Source: the human T2T-CHM13v2.0 reference genome, Homo sapiens
Assembly (NCBI RefSeq): GCF_009914755.1
Contig: NC_060947.1
Length of the DNA stretch: 64,000 nt
Direction: 5' to 3' (one strand)
Below, piece by piece: positions 1 to 12,649 of the stretch; positions within the stretch are counted from its first letter, which is position 1, and every line of letters starts with the position of its first letter. The translations under genes and the position numbers were made by a program. The notes beneath the pieces are model-generated. The model made no database searches, was not told the DNA's origin, and saw nothing but the letters and a program-made list of their open reading frames with translations.

Positions 1-450
1 ATGTAATTGGAAGTCCAGGGTTCAGGTGGAATTCAGCATTGGTTCTTCTAGTAGACCCAGTTTCTATTAAGGGAAACTTTGCTATGCCACATACAGTTTT
101 AGCTTTGTCCTAATGTCAGACTCTGTCTTTGAGGCAAATTAGCTGCAGCAGTTCCAAGCTTCACATCCATATGCCACATCATCAATAAGGACATTAAGAA
201 GGACAGAGAATACTTCTGAGAGTCACACCTGTAACATTACCCTTGATTACATGCTCTCCTCTTTCGGGAAAATGAGTGACCAGAGGCAGGAACGAACTGG
301 GTGAATTTTTGGACTTATGGAAATCAGTGTCCACATTTGGAGTTGATAGTGAGGTCAGATACTCTAAAAACACATTGTCTATGTGGAGAAGGAGTGAATG
401 CCACAGCAAACAATCTGGGTCCTATTAGAAAACTCAAAGGGGGAAAAAGG
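1..450 (-). mobile_element. Old MaLR LTR remnant (MLT1J/K-like)
   Basis: Motif gctgcagcagttccaagcttcacatcc and general MLT1 layout, highly diverged. Confidence 0.4.
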
Positions 451-479
451 TAATTGTCCATTATACCATGTTTTGCCCA

Positions 480-2285
480 CTGATTAGAAAGGGCGCTTTC
501 TACCCTGTTCCATTTATTTATTGGTCTGTTCCTTTGGCAATACCTTACTGAATTATTTAATGTTTTGTTATACTTTCATATATAGTAGATCAGCCTTCTC
601 CGTTAGCCTTTTTTTTTTTTTCTTCAGAATTTGACTTGCTGTTCACACATGTTTTTCCTTTCAGTTGTACTTTAGATTTATTTCCTCAGTATATTTACAA
701 ACATTTCATTGGGATTTAATTGGGGGTTTTACTGGATTGTTGATTAATTAAAAATAAGTGACATATTTAAAATAATGTGTCTTTTTTGTCTAAGGAGGGA
801 TGCATATTTTCCTATTTAATTCTTTTTAATATATATCCATAAATGGCTTTAAACTTTTCTTTGAACTGGTCCTGCACATTTTCTGCTAAGTGTCTTCCTA
901 ATATTTTGTTTTTATTTTGATTTCTTTCATTATAAATTTAACTGACAGTTGTATTATATAAATGGATAGTTATCTGAACCTTTCTATTGTTTCTAATAGT
1001 ATTTGTAGTTGGTTTTTGGATTTCTCCATACAATCGTAGCATCTGAATAAAATGATAATTGGGCTTTTCCCTTTTTCCCAATATTTTCATATCATATTTT
1101 ATTTTTTATCTGGTTAACTTGGCTAATGCTTGTAGAATTAAATTTTAAAAGGAGTATTTTACTTTTGAAAACTAGAATGATTTTCTAAATACAAGTCAAG
1201 AGCAGCTTTCCATCTACTTAATGAAGAACCTTCTTTCACAGAGTGTTTATATATATTCTATTTTTCATCATTCTGTGAAATACGTTATCACTGCAATGTA
1301 TTGTAAATTTAAAGCACTTTTGAGTGTAATGGATTTCAAACTTCAGGTGCATCAAAATTACTTCGAGACTTATTAAAATTAACATGCTTGCTTCTAGTCC
1401 CAGGGGTTCTAATCAGTAGACATGGACAATTTTAAATAAAGGCAATGTATCAAGCAGCTTTTTATGCTTCCTTACTTTAATTCAAATGCTTTTGTTATTT
1501 TACTCTAAAATATTATGTAGCTCTTATTTATATAAACAGGTATAGACTGTAAAGTCAAAGGAATTGTTTTATTAATATTAATATATAAAATTGTCTATAA
1601 ATTATATTTGTGTATCATCCTTGTCAGATTCTGGCATCAGTGTACTGGCTTTATTTTAAAGAATAGAAAGATTTTCTTCTTTTTAATAGCAAGGAACACG
1701 TTCTAAGCATCAGAAGTAACTTTTTCCTGAAGTTTTTAACAATTCTTTGTTAGCCATCTGGTCTTTACATGTTTTTGTAGGGTAAAATTTTGACCAATTT
1801 TCTAATTATTTTTATTGTTACTAGTCTATGCACTTGAGTTACTATGAGTTACTTTTGTTATTCATACTTACTTAGACAAAATTTCATTTCATCCACATTT
1901 TTAAATGTATTAGATAGAGTTTTATAATGTATTTCATATATTTATTTCTTTTGTATTTATGGTTGTTTCCTTTTTCTCATGTCTAATATTCTAAATTTGT
2001 ATTATCTTCCTAATTTGATTATTTACTGATTTGTTTTTCCCAAGCATGCAGACTTTATATATATTTTAGTTCTACCATGTTTGTTTTCTGATGTATTATT
2101 TTCTGATTTTTATCTCTATGGAATTCTTGTTTTCACTTACCTTAGGTTTATTTTATTTTTCTTACTATAACTTCTGGAAACGTATGTTTAATTTATTTTG
2201 TTTAAAACTGTAAGTGCTTACGACTATATAGTTTCCTATGAATATAGCTTTGGCTCATAAAATAAGTTTTAAATTAAAATTTTCT
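480..2285 (-). mobile_element. Ancient L1M (L1ME-like) ORF2 remnants
   Basis: T-rich antisense L1 phrases such as ttgtcagattctggcatcag and ctatgaatatagctttggct. Confidence 0.5.
1328..1430. mobile_element. MER5-like hAT-Charlie fragment
   Basis: ttcaaacttcaggtgcatcaaaattac...ttctaatcagtag. Confidence 0.5.
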
Positions 2286-2289
2286 CATT

Positions 2290-3988
2290 ATTTTCTATTT
2301 TTTTACTTTTATTTTAAGTTCCAGGGTACATGTGCAGGATTTGCAGATTTGTTATATAGGTAAATGTGTGCCATGGTGGTTTGCTGCACCTATCAACCCA
2401 ACATCTAGGTATTAAGCCCAGCATACATTAACTATTTTTTCCAATGCTCTCCCTCCCCGCAACGGGCCCCAGTGTGTGTTGTTCCACTCCCTGTGTCCAT
2501 GAGTTCTCATTGTTCAGCTCAAACTTATAAGTAGAACATACGGTGTTTTGTTTTCTGTTCCTGCTTTAGTTTGCTGAGGATAATGGTTTCCATCTCCATC
2601 CATGTCCCCGCAAAGGACATATTCTCATTCCTTTTTATGGCTACACAGTATTCCATGGTGTATATGTACCACATTTTCTTTATCCAGTCTATCATTGATG
2701 GGCATTTGGGTTGATTTCATGTCTTTGCTATTGTGAATAGTGCTGCAATGGGCATGTATCTTTGTAATAAAATGATGTACATTTCTTTGGGTTTATACCC
2801 AGTAGTGGGATTGCTGGGTCAAATGGCATTTCTGGTTCTAGATCTTTGAGGAATCACCACACCATCTTGCACAATGGTAGAACTAATTTACATTCTCGCC
2901 AACAGTGTAAAAGTGTTCCCATTTCTCCACAACCTTGCCTGCATCTGTTGTTTCTTCACTTTTAAATAATCACCAATCTGACTGGCATGAGATGGGGTCT
3001 CATTGTGGTTTTCATTTGCATGTCTCTAATGATCAGAGATGTTAAGCTTTTTTTCATATGTTTGTTGGCCACGTGAATGTCTTCTTTTGAGAAATGTCTG
3101 TTCATGTCTTCTGCCTACTTTTTAATGGGGTTGTTGGTTTTCTTCTTGTAAATTTGTTTAAGTTCCTTGTAGACTCTAGATATTATCCTTTGTCAGAAGG
3201 ATAGATTGCAAAAATTTTCCCACATTCTGTAGGTTGCCTGTTCACTCTGATGCTAGTTTCTTTTGCTGTGCAGAAGCTCTTTAGTTTAGGTAGATCCCTT
3301 TTGTCAATTTTTGCTTTTGTTGCAATTGCTTTTGGTGATTTCTTTGCCTGTGCCTATGTCCTAAATGGTATTGCCTAGATTTTCTTCTAGGGTTTTTAAA
3401 GTTTTGAGTTTTACATTTAAGTCTTTAATCCATCTTGAGTTAATTTTTGTATAAGGTGTAAAAAATGGGCCAGGTTTCAATTTTCTGCATATGGCTAGCC
3501 AGTTTTTCCAGCACCATTTATTAAATAGGGAATCCTTTCCTCATTGCTTGTTTTTGTCAGGTTTCTCAAAGATCAGATGGCTTAGATGTGTGGTCTTATT
3601 TCTGAGTTCTCTATTCTGTTCCATTGGTCTATGTGTCTGCTTTTGTACCAGTACCATGGTGTTTTGGTTATTGTAGCCTTGTAGTATAGTTTGAAGTGTG
3701 GTAGCATGATGCCTCCAGCCTTGTTCTTTTTGCTTAGGATTGTCTTGGCTACACAAACTCTTTTTGTGGTTCCATATGCATTTTAAAATAGTTTTTTTTT
3801 TTCTGTGAAGAATATCATGGTAGTTTAATGGGAATAGCATTGAATCTATAAATTATTTTGGGCAATATGGCCATTTTCACAATATTGATTCTTCGTATCT
3901 ATGAGCATGAAATGTTTTTCCATTTGTTTGGGTCCTCTCTGATTTCCTTGAGCAGTGGTTTGTAGTTCTCCTTGAAGAGATCCTTTTC
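2290..3988 (-). mobile_element. 5'-truncated L1PA (about L1PA8-10), 3' UTR plus ORF2 end
   Basis: Poly-T start, gggtacatgtgcagg...ggtggtttgctgcacc 3' UTR. ORF 3541-3840 is ORF2-like. Confidence 0.92.
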
Positions 3989-4199
3989 TTGATATTTGTA
4001 ATAATGGTATTGATTCCCTCATCCACTTGAATTGTTTGGGAGAATATATTTAAATTTCCAAACTAGAGAGTTTTTTATTATTGTTGTTTTTATTTCTACT
4101 ATTATTCTTTCTAGCTATATAGTAAAAGAGGAATGTGATATTTAAAATAATGTTTACTTAAAACAGTTATTCATGTACATCAAGAGTCCAATGATTGTA

Positions 4200-4564
4200 C
4201 AGACAGTCCTTGACTTACAATGGTTTGACTTACGATTTTTCTACTTTACAATGGTGCAAAAGCAATATGTATTCAGTAAAAACTATACTTTGTGTACCCA
4301 TAAAATCATTCTGGTTTTCACTTTCAATACAGTATTCAATAAATCACGTGAGATATTCTATACCCTACTATAAAAGAGGCTTTTTATTAGATTATTTTGG
4401 CCAAGTGTAGGCTAATGTAAATGTTCTGAGCACATTTAAAGCAGGCTAGGCTAAGCTACAACATTTGGTAGGTTGGATATATTAAATATATTTTTGACTT
4501 TCTATCTTTTAATCATATGACAGATTTATCAGAATGTAACCTATTGTGAGTTGAGGAGCATCTG
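4200..4564. mobile_element. Tigger3a-like TcMar MITE
   Basis: Termini cagacagtccttgactt / gttgaggagcatctg with TA on both sides. Confidence 0.82.
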
Positions 4565-5378
4565 TATAAGCATTGTTTAAAACAAGCACATTAACGACAG
4601 TTTTCTACCCCTCCTCCCAATTACCTTTACACAGAAGCAACTACTTTTAACTTTTTAAACTTTTTTTTTAACCTTTAACTTTTCAGCTGATTCTTTTGGT
4701 ATTTACCTCCATATCTCTAAATAGCACACTTTCATTTTTGCTTCTTAATTTTTCAGTTTTAATTATTTTCTGTGGACTTTTCAGTATGGAAGATGAAAAT
4801 TATCTTCCCTCCTCACAAATTCAACATCCACATGCACCCTTACCAACCATTCTAATTATAATTATATCATAATTTTGGTTCAATTAATATTCAGTTCTTG
4901 CTTTCCCAAGATAGTGGCAGCACTAGAGCTCATCCATGTAGAAAACTGTTGTTAATTTTTCTTTTCTGCAAAATCCAAATTTTGTGCCAACTTTAAAAGA
5001 ATCTCTTTTAAAGCTGTTGAAACATCTATCTGGTGTTCTATTTCTTTCATTTCCCCTGAGAATTCTCACCGAGAGCTTTCTCATATATCCCAATCTAGGC
5101 TCTCCACTTTTGCCCAGATGTCTTCCTGGGATCTTCCTTCACCATCTTCCTTGGGGTTTTGTTCATCTCTCTCTTTCTTCTGTTTTGGATCTCTTATATC
5201 TTGTATTCCACATCTTTTGCTTTAAAAAAAACTCCCTCTTTTTGATAAAGTATATTTCTAGTAGATTATTAGGAAAATGCTTATGGGACCTAACTGTGAC
5301 ATGAACATCTGAAAATGCCTTTTACTTAACCTCATCTCGACTGATGGTTTGTTTGGGTGGTAGATAACTAGCTTTCCA

Positions 5379-5688
5379 GTTTTTTTTTTTCCTTGAGAGA
5401 GGATCACATTCCCTCACCCAGGCTCAGTTGCAGTGGTGCAATCATAGCTCACTGAAAGCTGGAATTCCTGGGGTTAAGGGATCCTCCCACCTCAGCCCCT
5501 CTAGTAGCTTGGATTACAGGTGCACACTACCATGCCTGGCTAATTTCTTTTTACTCTTTATTTTTGTAAAGACAGGGTCTATGTTGACAAGGCTGGTCTC
5601 GAACAGCTTGCCTCAAGTGATCATCCAGCCTCAGCCTCCCAAAATGCTGGACTGCTTAAATTGCAAGTATGAGCCACTGCACCCAGCC
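5379..5688 (-). mobile_element. AluJ
   Basis: Antisense dimeric Alu with atcatagctcactg and gatcctcccacctcagcc. Confidence 0.92.
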
Positions 5689-6387
5689 TGTTTTCTTTAG
5701 TTTCTGACATTACTTTTTAAAAAACTGAAGGCCATTCTGATTTTTCTATTCTGTATGTTACTTCTTTTTTCTGAAAACTCGATAAATCTTTCCTTTTTAC
5801 TTAGTGTTTTGTAATTTAATATTAATGTGCCTTGCTGTCTGTGTATTTTAAATTTTGTGTGCTGTACTTAGCAGCTCCTTTTGATCATATTCTTCATTTT
5901 TGAAAAATATTTTTGAATTATCTTACTGATGATTATTTACCTTCTATTTTCTCTCTTCTCTCATTCTGAAATTTCTATCTTTTAGATATAGGACCGCCTG
6001 GACTTGTCCTCTACTTTTCTAATATTTTCTCACTAAATTTCCATCTCATTATCTTTTTGCTTTTTCCAGGTTACTTCTTAAACTTTATCTTCTGATACTT
6101 TTAAATTTCTGCTAACATTTTAAAAAATTCTAAGAGTACTGTAAAATTATCAGAATACTTGTTTCTCATAGTTTTATTTCAGATTTCTTATTTCAAAAAG
6201 TCGTTATTTCCTCCAAGATGCATTTTGTCCCTTTTTTGTCTTCTTCTTTTAGGCTTTCCTGAAATATCTGATAATCCTCAATTGCTTGCTCATAATTGAG
6301 AGTGGAGAATAAAAAAAACTAATTTGAAGTTCTAAGCATGACTGCGAGTTGGTTTGGCTAACTATCTGTGAATTACTGATGTCATTA

Positions 6388-7199
6388 TAGGTTGAGCACC
6401 CCTAATCTGAAAATCCAAAATCAGAGATGCTGACAAAATCGGAAACATTTTGAATGCTAACATGACACCACAAGAAGAAAATTCCACACTGAACTCATGT
6501 AACAGGTAATGATCAAAACAAAATTGCTCAACACATAGTTTATTTAGCATCATCAAGAAAAAAAAAAAAGACCCTCCAAACCTTTTTCAGGTGTAATATA
6601 TCTTTTCCACACATGCCCAGATTCTCACTTAAAAAATAAAATGCAGTGTACAGTAAGCTTTTAATCAAAAAACAGCATCATAAGTGGAGACTGAAAGCCT
6701 GCTGTTTGTTGTTGCTGTTGTTTAATAGCGGATACAGTTATTCTCGTGATGCTATTGTGCTGCTTAGTTACCACGGACACATTCTTTTTTCACTGTATTA
6801 GTGATATGTCATTTTTTTTTTTTTTACTTTTAAGTATTGATGTGTGAATGCATGGAAGAAAATGATTGCTTATCAGTAGCCTACAAATTCAGAATAAGTA
6901 ATTATGGTGATGCCAACAGCAAGATTGTCCACATGGGTAGCTGAGAAAGGAACCCCTTTGCTTACTGATGGTTCATGTACACAAACTTTGCTTCATGCAC
7001 AAAATTATTTAAAACGTTGTGTAAAATCACCTTCTGGCTAAGTGTATAAGGTATATATGAAATATCAATGAATTTCATATTTAAACATGGTTTCCACCCC
7101 CACGATTTCTCATTATATATGTGGAAATATTCCAAAGTTCAAGAAACCTCTGAAATCGAAACACTTCCCAAGCATTTTGGTTAAGGGACACTCCACCTG
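6388..7199 (+). mobile_element. Internally deleted Tigger4 (Zombi)
   Basis: Termini taggttgagcacccctaatc / aagggacactccacctg with TA flanks. About 810 bp. Confidence 0.82.
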
Positions 7200-8034
7200 T
7201 ATCTTGACTTTATCCTTGGGTCAATCTGTTTCTATAGATAAGATACTTTGTATTTTCTGACTGCAAGTAAATATAGATGCCAGCCTTCTGGGAGCCAAAG
7301 AGCTGAAAAAGGCTGGGAGGGAATGACTCACAACTCAGGAAGTAATTGCACATTCAGTCCCCTTTATTTTCAGTATGTTAATCCCATACTGGTGTTCCTG
7401 GTGCTCTCTAATCCATAGGACCTCTGTTTTAGCTGCTCCAAAAAATAAAACATTTTTTCCTTTGCTGAGATGGAAGATTTCATTTGGGATTCTATTTCTT
7501 AAGCAATTTTTCAAATTATTCTCCTTATTTTAAAATCCTTTTCTTCATTTCCAGAGGCATTTGCTGCTGTCGATTCCTGAGTCTTTTAGAGCATTACTAA
7601 TTGGATTGGCTCTAGGTTTTCTTCACCTGTAGGTTCGGATTTAGTTTTCTCCTGTTAGTTAAATCATTTATCACTCAACCATCTTCTTTCTAGTTGTCTC
7701 CCTTTACACTTTAAAAGAATTATACTTTATAGTTTGTGTGTGGGAGGAGAAGAGTGGGGACTGGGAGAGAGTAAAAATAGATGTATGTGTTCAACATCCC
7801 TAACTGCAAGTCAGGGAGATGAATCTTCCTTTTTCTGTTTGATTGTTATTGAGATTTCCTTTGTTGTGTATTTACATGATTACTTCTACAAATGTTTTGC
7901 GAAAACTTGAAAAGAAACTGTATCCTCTGTTTCTGAATTGTAGGGTCTGAATTGTAGAGTCATATATATATTTTTTTTCAGTGTTTTATAGTGCTCAAGA
8001 TATATTCTGTAACACTAAAGGTGTTTCACTAAAA

Positions 8035-8650
8035 AAAAAGGGGTACAAACATTCAGTTATAAGATGAATAAGTTATGGAAGTTTAATTTACAGGATGATA
8101 GCTGTAATTAATATTAATGTATTGTATACTTGAAATTTGCTAAGATAGAAGATCTTAAGTGTTCTCACTACAAAAAAAATGTAATTATATAAGGTGAGGG
8201 ATATGTTAATGAGGTTGATTTTGGTAATCATTTCACAATGTACAACTACATAAAACATATCATGTTGTATATTTTAAATATATCCTTTTTTTTTTTTTTT
8301 TGAGGTAGGATCTCACTCTGTTTCCCAGGCTAGAGTGCAGTGGCATAATCTCGGCTCACTCAGCCTTGACCTCCTGGGCTTAAGTGATCCTCCCACCTCA
8401 GCCTCCTGACTAGCTGAGACTACAAGCTTGTGCCACCATGCCCAGCTAATTTTTTTATTTTTGGTAGAGACAGGTTCTCACCATGTTGCCCAGGCCGGTC
8501 TCAGACTCCTGGACTCAAGTGATTCTCCCACTTTGATCTCCCAAAGTGCTGGGATTACAGATGTGAGCAAATGCACCCGGCCTATATACAATTTTTGTTT
8601 GTCAATTATACCCCAGTAAAGCTGGGGGAAAAATAAATAAATAAAAAAAT
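8035..8650 (+). mobile_element. L1MA/L1MB 3' end interrupted by AluJ
   Basis: gtattgtatacttgaaatttgctaag...gtcaattatacc followed by an A-rich tail. Confidence 0.8.
8286..8582 (-). mobile_element. AluJ
   Basis: Antisense Alu with poly-T at 8286. Confidence 0.92.
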
Positions 8651-8654
8651 AAGA

Positions 8655-8850
8655 TTTCCGAATATTTGGGGGAAACTGCTTATGCAGTCAAGTTCTGGGT
8701 GCTGTTAAATGTGTATTAGCATATTAAAGGCCTGTGAATACCTGCAATTAAAAAAACATTTACCTTTGAAATGTTTCTCAAATGTATTTGACCATGAAAT
8801 TTTTTTTCATAGCAGCTACTCATCCCACACCATTCAGAGAAATGCTGTAT
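8655..8850. mobile_element. Charlie4-like hAT fragment
   Basis: attagcatattaaaggcctgtgaatacctgca...gagaaatgctg. Confidence 0.45.
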
Positions 8851-9274
8851 TAGGTCACCCTTATTTCATTATTCAGAGCCTCTGTTATCTTCTTTGGTAT
8901 CTATATTCTTTATCCATTAAATATCAAAAGAAATATGCTAAAGTCTTCTCATATTAATTTTTAGTGTGCTTTTCACTTTGTGTTCACACAAAAAATACAT
9001 TCCTGGGTGGCAAACTTAGTTTATAGTCGTTCTAAGACTATATCTTTTCTTAAGGAAGTTGGCTGTAGTTAGTTGATAAAATGCTGGATGTTTCAGTTTG
9101 CATTTTTTAACTTGTATTTTTGTTAGCTGTTATTACTGATATTATTGTTGTTTCAGGCTTATGTCTATATTAGGCTTTCATAGACGTGTCATGAATATCT
9201 GCTTTCCAAACTTGAATATACATTAAGTAGAAAGTAAACTACTAGACTATGAATATTCTTGGCAAAATCTAAAG

Positions 9275-10040
9275 TATATACTGGTGAAGAGCACAGGGTC
9301 TGAATTTAGACTACTAGATTTTAGGCATGGCTTCATCAACTATTAAATAATTATAAAAACTCTCTTACCCCCATCTGTGAAATAGGAATAATAAGATCAC
9401 ATGACATAGGGTTGTGTCTAGGATAAATAAAAATACTGTAGGAGACCAGAATCTGCAACTCATTTTGGCATAAGGACTATATTGAGCTGAAGGCAATTGA
9501 AAAGAAGCAGATAGAAGAAAATCTCTCTGCCCTCCTATTTGCCTAAAAGCAGGGCATACATTTACCAAAACAAAGGTGTACTACTCCCCTCTCTACCAGG
9601 AATGACAAAGGTTGGTCACCAAAAGCACCCTTAGACTCCAAAATTAGCATGGAGATAGCACCAGAAGAGTCTTCATTAACCAGATTTATTAACTAGCCTT
9701 TATCTATCATTTATTTGCCTTCTCACAATTTTCGGCCTGTAGAAACTCAAAATTCTTAGCCTTTGTCTGTCACTTCTCTAAAAATTTACTGTTGTTTGTT
9801 GAAATGCTATTTAAGTCATACTTCCAGGCCCTCTCTTTAAGAATTACTCATGCCACGGGTATCTCCCAAGGACATGTGGAATATACATGTTAATAAATTT
9901 CTATTGGTTTTTGTATTGTTAATCTGTCTTTTGTTACAGGGATCCATCATAGCTAACAACTAAGGGTAGAGGAAAACTTAATTTTTCTTCCCCTGTGATA
10001 TATATATAATCTGTCTGATGCATAGCAGTAATTGCTCAGT
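9275..10040 (+). mobile_element. MIR interrupted by a MER34 LTR
   Basis: MIR core ccatctgtgaaataggaataata...gggttgtg, tail resumes near 10000. Confidence 0.6.
9437..9997 (+). mobile_element. MER34-family ERV1 solo LTR
   Basis: Start tgtaggagaccagaat...ttggcataagga, AATAAA near 9892, end ttttcttcccct. Confidence 0.75.
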
Positions 10041-10149
10041 ATTAAGACTTGTTAGAAGTATATATTCTGAACACTTTTTAAAAAATTAATGAGTATTATT
10101 AGTGAAATAAGGGGTAATTTGGTGTCACCCAATTTCTATATGACTAACT

Positions 10150-10310
10150 CCAATAGTGACATTGGTTCACCTTACAAAAAAAAATTTCTTTCTTTTACAA
10201 TCTTTTGTGTCTTCACTTTCAGTTCATAGAATTAGTTTGAATGTTAGAGAGACTAGTTTTCACATAGTGGGCAAAAGACTCTCAGACTGTCAGTCTAATC
10301 AAATATCCTG
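10150..10310 (-). pseudogene. Pseudo-exon (module 5 esterase block I)
   Basis: Acceptor catttgtatttag|. Reads SLRVFCPLCEN...FYELKVKTQKIVKERNFFL*GE. Confidence 0.4.
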
Positions 10311-10391
10311 CTAAATACAAATGTAGAACAATCAAGTTTTAAAAAATAATGAAGACTTTTTATTTAGCAAAAAGATTACAGAAAGTTTTAC

Positions 10392-10511
10392 ATGACTTTT
10401 TAAGGAGGAACATGCTGAGGAATAATAATGAAGCCAAACAAGGAAAATTCCCCAAAAATCTTTTTAACATCAATATTCATAGCAACTCCATAAACTTGCC
10501 ACCAGGTTTTA
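10392..10511 (-). pseudogene. Pseudo-exon, 120 bp, phase 2-2
   Basis: Poly-T ctttcatag| acceptor. Reads KTWWQVYGVAMNIDVKKIFGEFSLFGF, in phase with the preceding exon. Confidence 0.48.
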
Positions 10512-10628
10512 CTATGAAAGAAAAAAAAAAAACTAGTATAGTAATTGAACAGCAATCGTCAATGGAGAGTATGGTAGAGGGGCATGCACATATGCTTGAT
10601 GATAGGCCCAACTGCTGTGGTTACTTAC

Positions 10629-10730
10629 TTTAAGTTATCCTTGCCAACAGTTTAACATTCCAGAAGACAGCGTGTGTTTATCTCAACAGGGCTGTTTATT
10701 TTATGGTGCTTTTCTCAAATGTCAACATAA
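10629..10730 (-). pseudogene. Pseudo-exon, 102 bp, phase 2-2
   Basis: ctttttttatag| ... aa|gtaagt. Reads YVDI*EKHHKINSPVEINTRCLLEC*TVGKDNL. Confidence 0.55.
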
Positions 10731-10872
10731 CTATAAAAAAAGAATTAAGGCTTTTAGACATGTTATAACTAAAATATTTTTGACACTACATACTCTCTAG
10801 CTGATGAACATCAACTGAGGCTTTGCGTGGTGTTCTTAATGAAAGATATTAAATCAGCTAAAAAAATACAAC

Positions 10873-11081
10873 CGTAGCATTTTGCAAAATACAAGGGTCA
10901 CAGCAGAGTAGCTAACTCTTCCATACATGTCAATTTCACTTCAGCCATTTGATAGAGAGAGTCTTCAGGTTCAGTTGAGTAGACATTGACATTTATTTAT
11001 TACCAGAAAGGACAAAAGGTTCTTCTTGTGTTCTTTAAATGAACTCCTTTGACATAATGGTTTGTGTGCCAGATTTCTGCA
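10873..11081 (-). pseudogene. Pseudo-exon (module 4 end / module 5 Ig-like start)
   Basis: Acceptor tttttctctatag|. Reads AEIWHTNHYVKGVHLKNTRRTFCPFW**INVNVYSTEPEDSLYQMAEVKLTCMEELATLL*PLYFAKCY. Confidence 0.55.
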
Positions 11082-11149
11082 CTATAGAGAAAAATTTTCT
11101 TCTTTCTAATTAATTGGTAAGCTATTGGTAAATATTTTGAATATATATC

Positions 11150-11390
11150 CTTCTCCTCAGCACACTCTCACTCAATAAAAAAAATTCAAATCCATTGACA
11201 GAGTTTTCCTGAATAAGTTACTACTACGATGGCTGTAAAAATAATATTCTAACTCTATCAGTCCTTTCCACTTCTTTGTTGACATTTTGTTGGCTTTATA
11301 TATAACAGGTCTTTATTGCCATTGACAATTGGAAAAAAATTGTAATGGGCCCCACTTTTGTCATTCACACATTACCAATCGCATATAAGC
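11150..11390 (-). pseudogene. Candidate pseudo-exon
   Basis: Frame NCQWQ*RPVIYKANKMSTKKWKGLIELEYYFYSHRSSNLFRK. Boundaries unresolved. Confidence 0.38.
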
Positions 11391-11661
11391 AATATTCAAG
11401 TTATAATTATTTTGTTTTGTTTCCTATATATTTTATTTTAAAAATGTCAAATGCTAACTGGACAGCCATGTGTTAGCCAATGTATCAATTATTTTGACTG
11501 ATTTATGAAAAAAAGGGATAATCAGTATACCCCAAGTCAAGGTTATCTAATATGTTGATGTTTAAATCAGAATTATAAACTTGGAATTTCAACTCATTCT
11601 GTGTGTCTTTTCTATCATGTTTTACCGTTAAATTATTCTCACCATCACTATCATTGCTTAC

Positions 11662-11779
11662 TTTTGTCAATCATAGTACAGTATCTATGAAGTGCTTTGA
11701 GTGCCTTGAAATAAAGTTGCATTTCACCACATGTCCCCATTATTAAACTTAAGAATAATACCATTGTTAGAGGTTATCC
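11662..11779 (-). pseudogene. Pseudo-exon (module 4 block III)
   Basis: Acceptor aaatcatttag|, donor aa|gtaagc. Frames ITSNNGIILKFNNGDMW and LYFKALKALHRYC. Confidence 0.5.
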
Positions 11780-11897
11780 CTAAATGATTTAAAATAAACA
11801 AATTTTGCAGTAGTATGCTAATTAAATGGAGATTAAATGGTTTCATTTTGGAGCTTTTTGGAAGGGCAGAGGCTATTGCTTCCTTGTTTTACAGTAA

Positions 11898-12206
<309 letters not shown>

Positions 12207-12328
12207 GGCAATTGTATTCTTAAGGAGTATGATGAAGTATTTCCTATGTATTTAGATCCTGACCTTTAAATGTTTGCTGTTATAAAATGCACATAGAATT
12301 GTTTTTTATGCTGATTATTAAAACCTAC

Positions 12329-12489
12329 AATCTTTCTGTGACATTGGATTGCATTTTATCATTTTTCAGAAATTTCTAATGGCAATGATAAATAACAAAT
12401 CTTAACTGATTATGGCACTTCATTTATAAACAACAGCTTAAATTAAATGTCTTGATTCTCTAATCTAGACTTTATCTTCAATGTTTACC
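12329..12489 (-). pseudogene. Candidate pseudo-exon
   Basis: ttttctaag| ... att|gtaggt. Reads FKLLFINEVP*SVKICYLSLPLEISEK. Confidence 0.33.
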
Positions 12490-12649
12490 CTTAGAAAAGA
12501 CTAATCAGTGCCAACTTTAGTTAACTGAAGATAAAAAGAGACATCCCTTAACCATGAGTAATATTTTATCATAATATTTTACTCCTACATTTCAAAAAGA
12601 TTGGATTAAACAGCTATTGAAAAACATCTGTGCATGCCATACAATATGG

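Noticed and set aside
10392-11081. Pseudokinase or ZPAX (ZP-N) reading of these exons
   Set aside because: No HRD/DFG-like or ZP cysteine pattern follows. The internal paralogy with the 33-kb exons argues for a repeated module instead.
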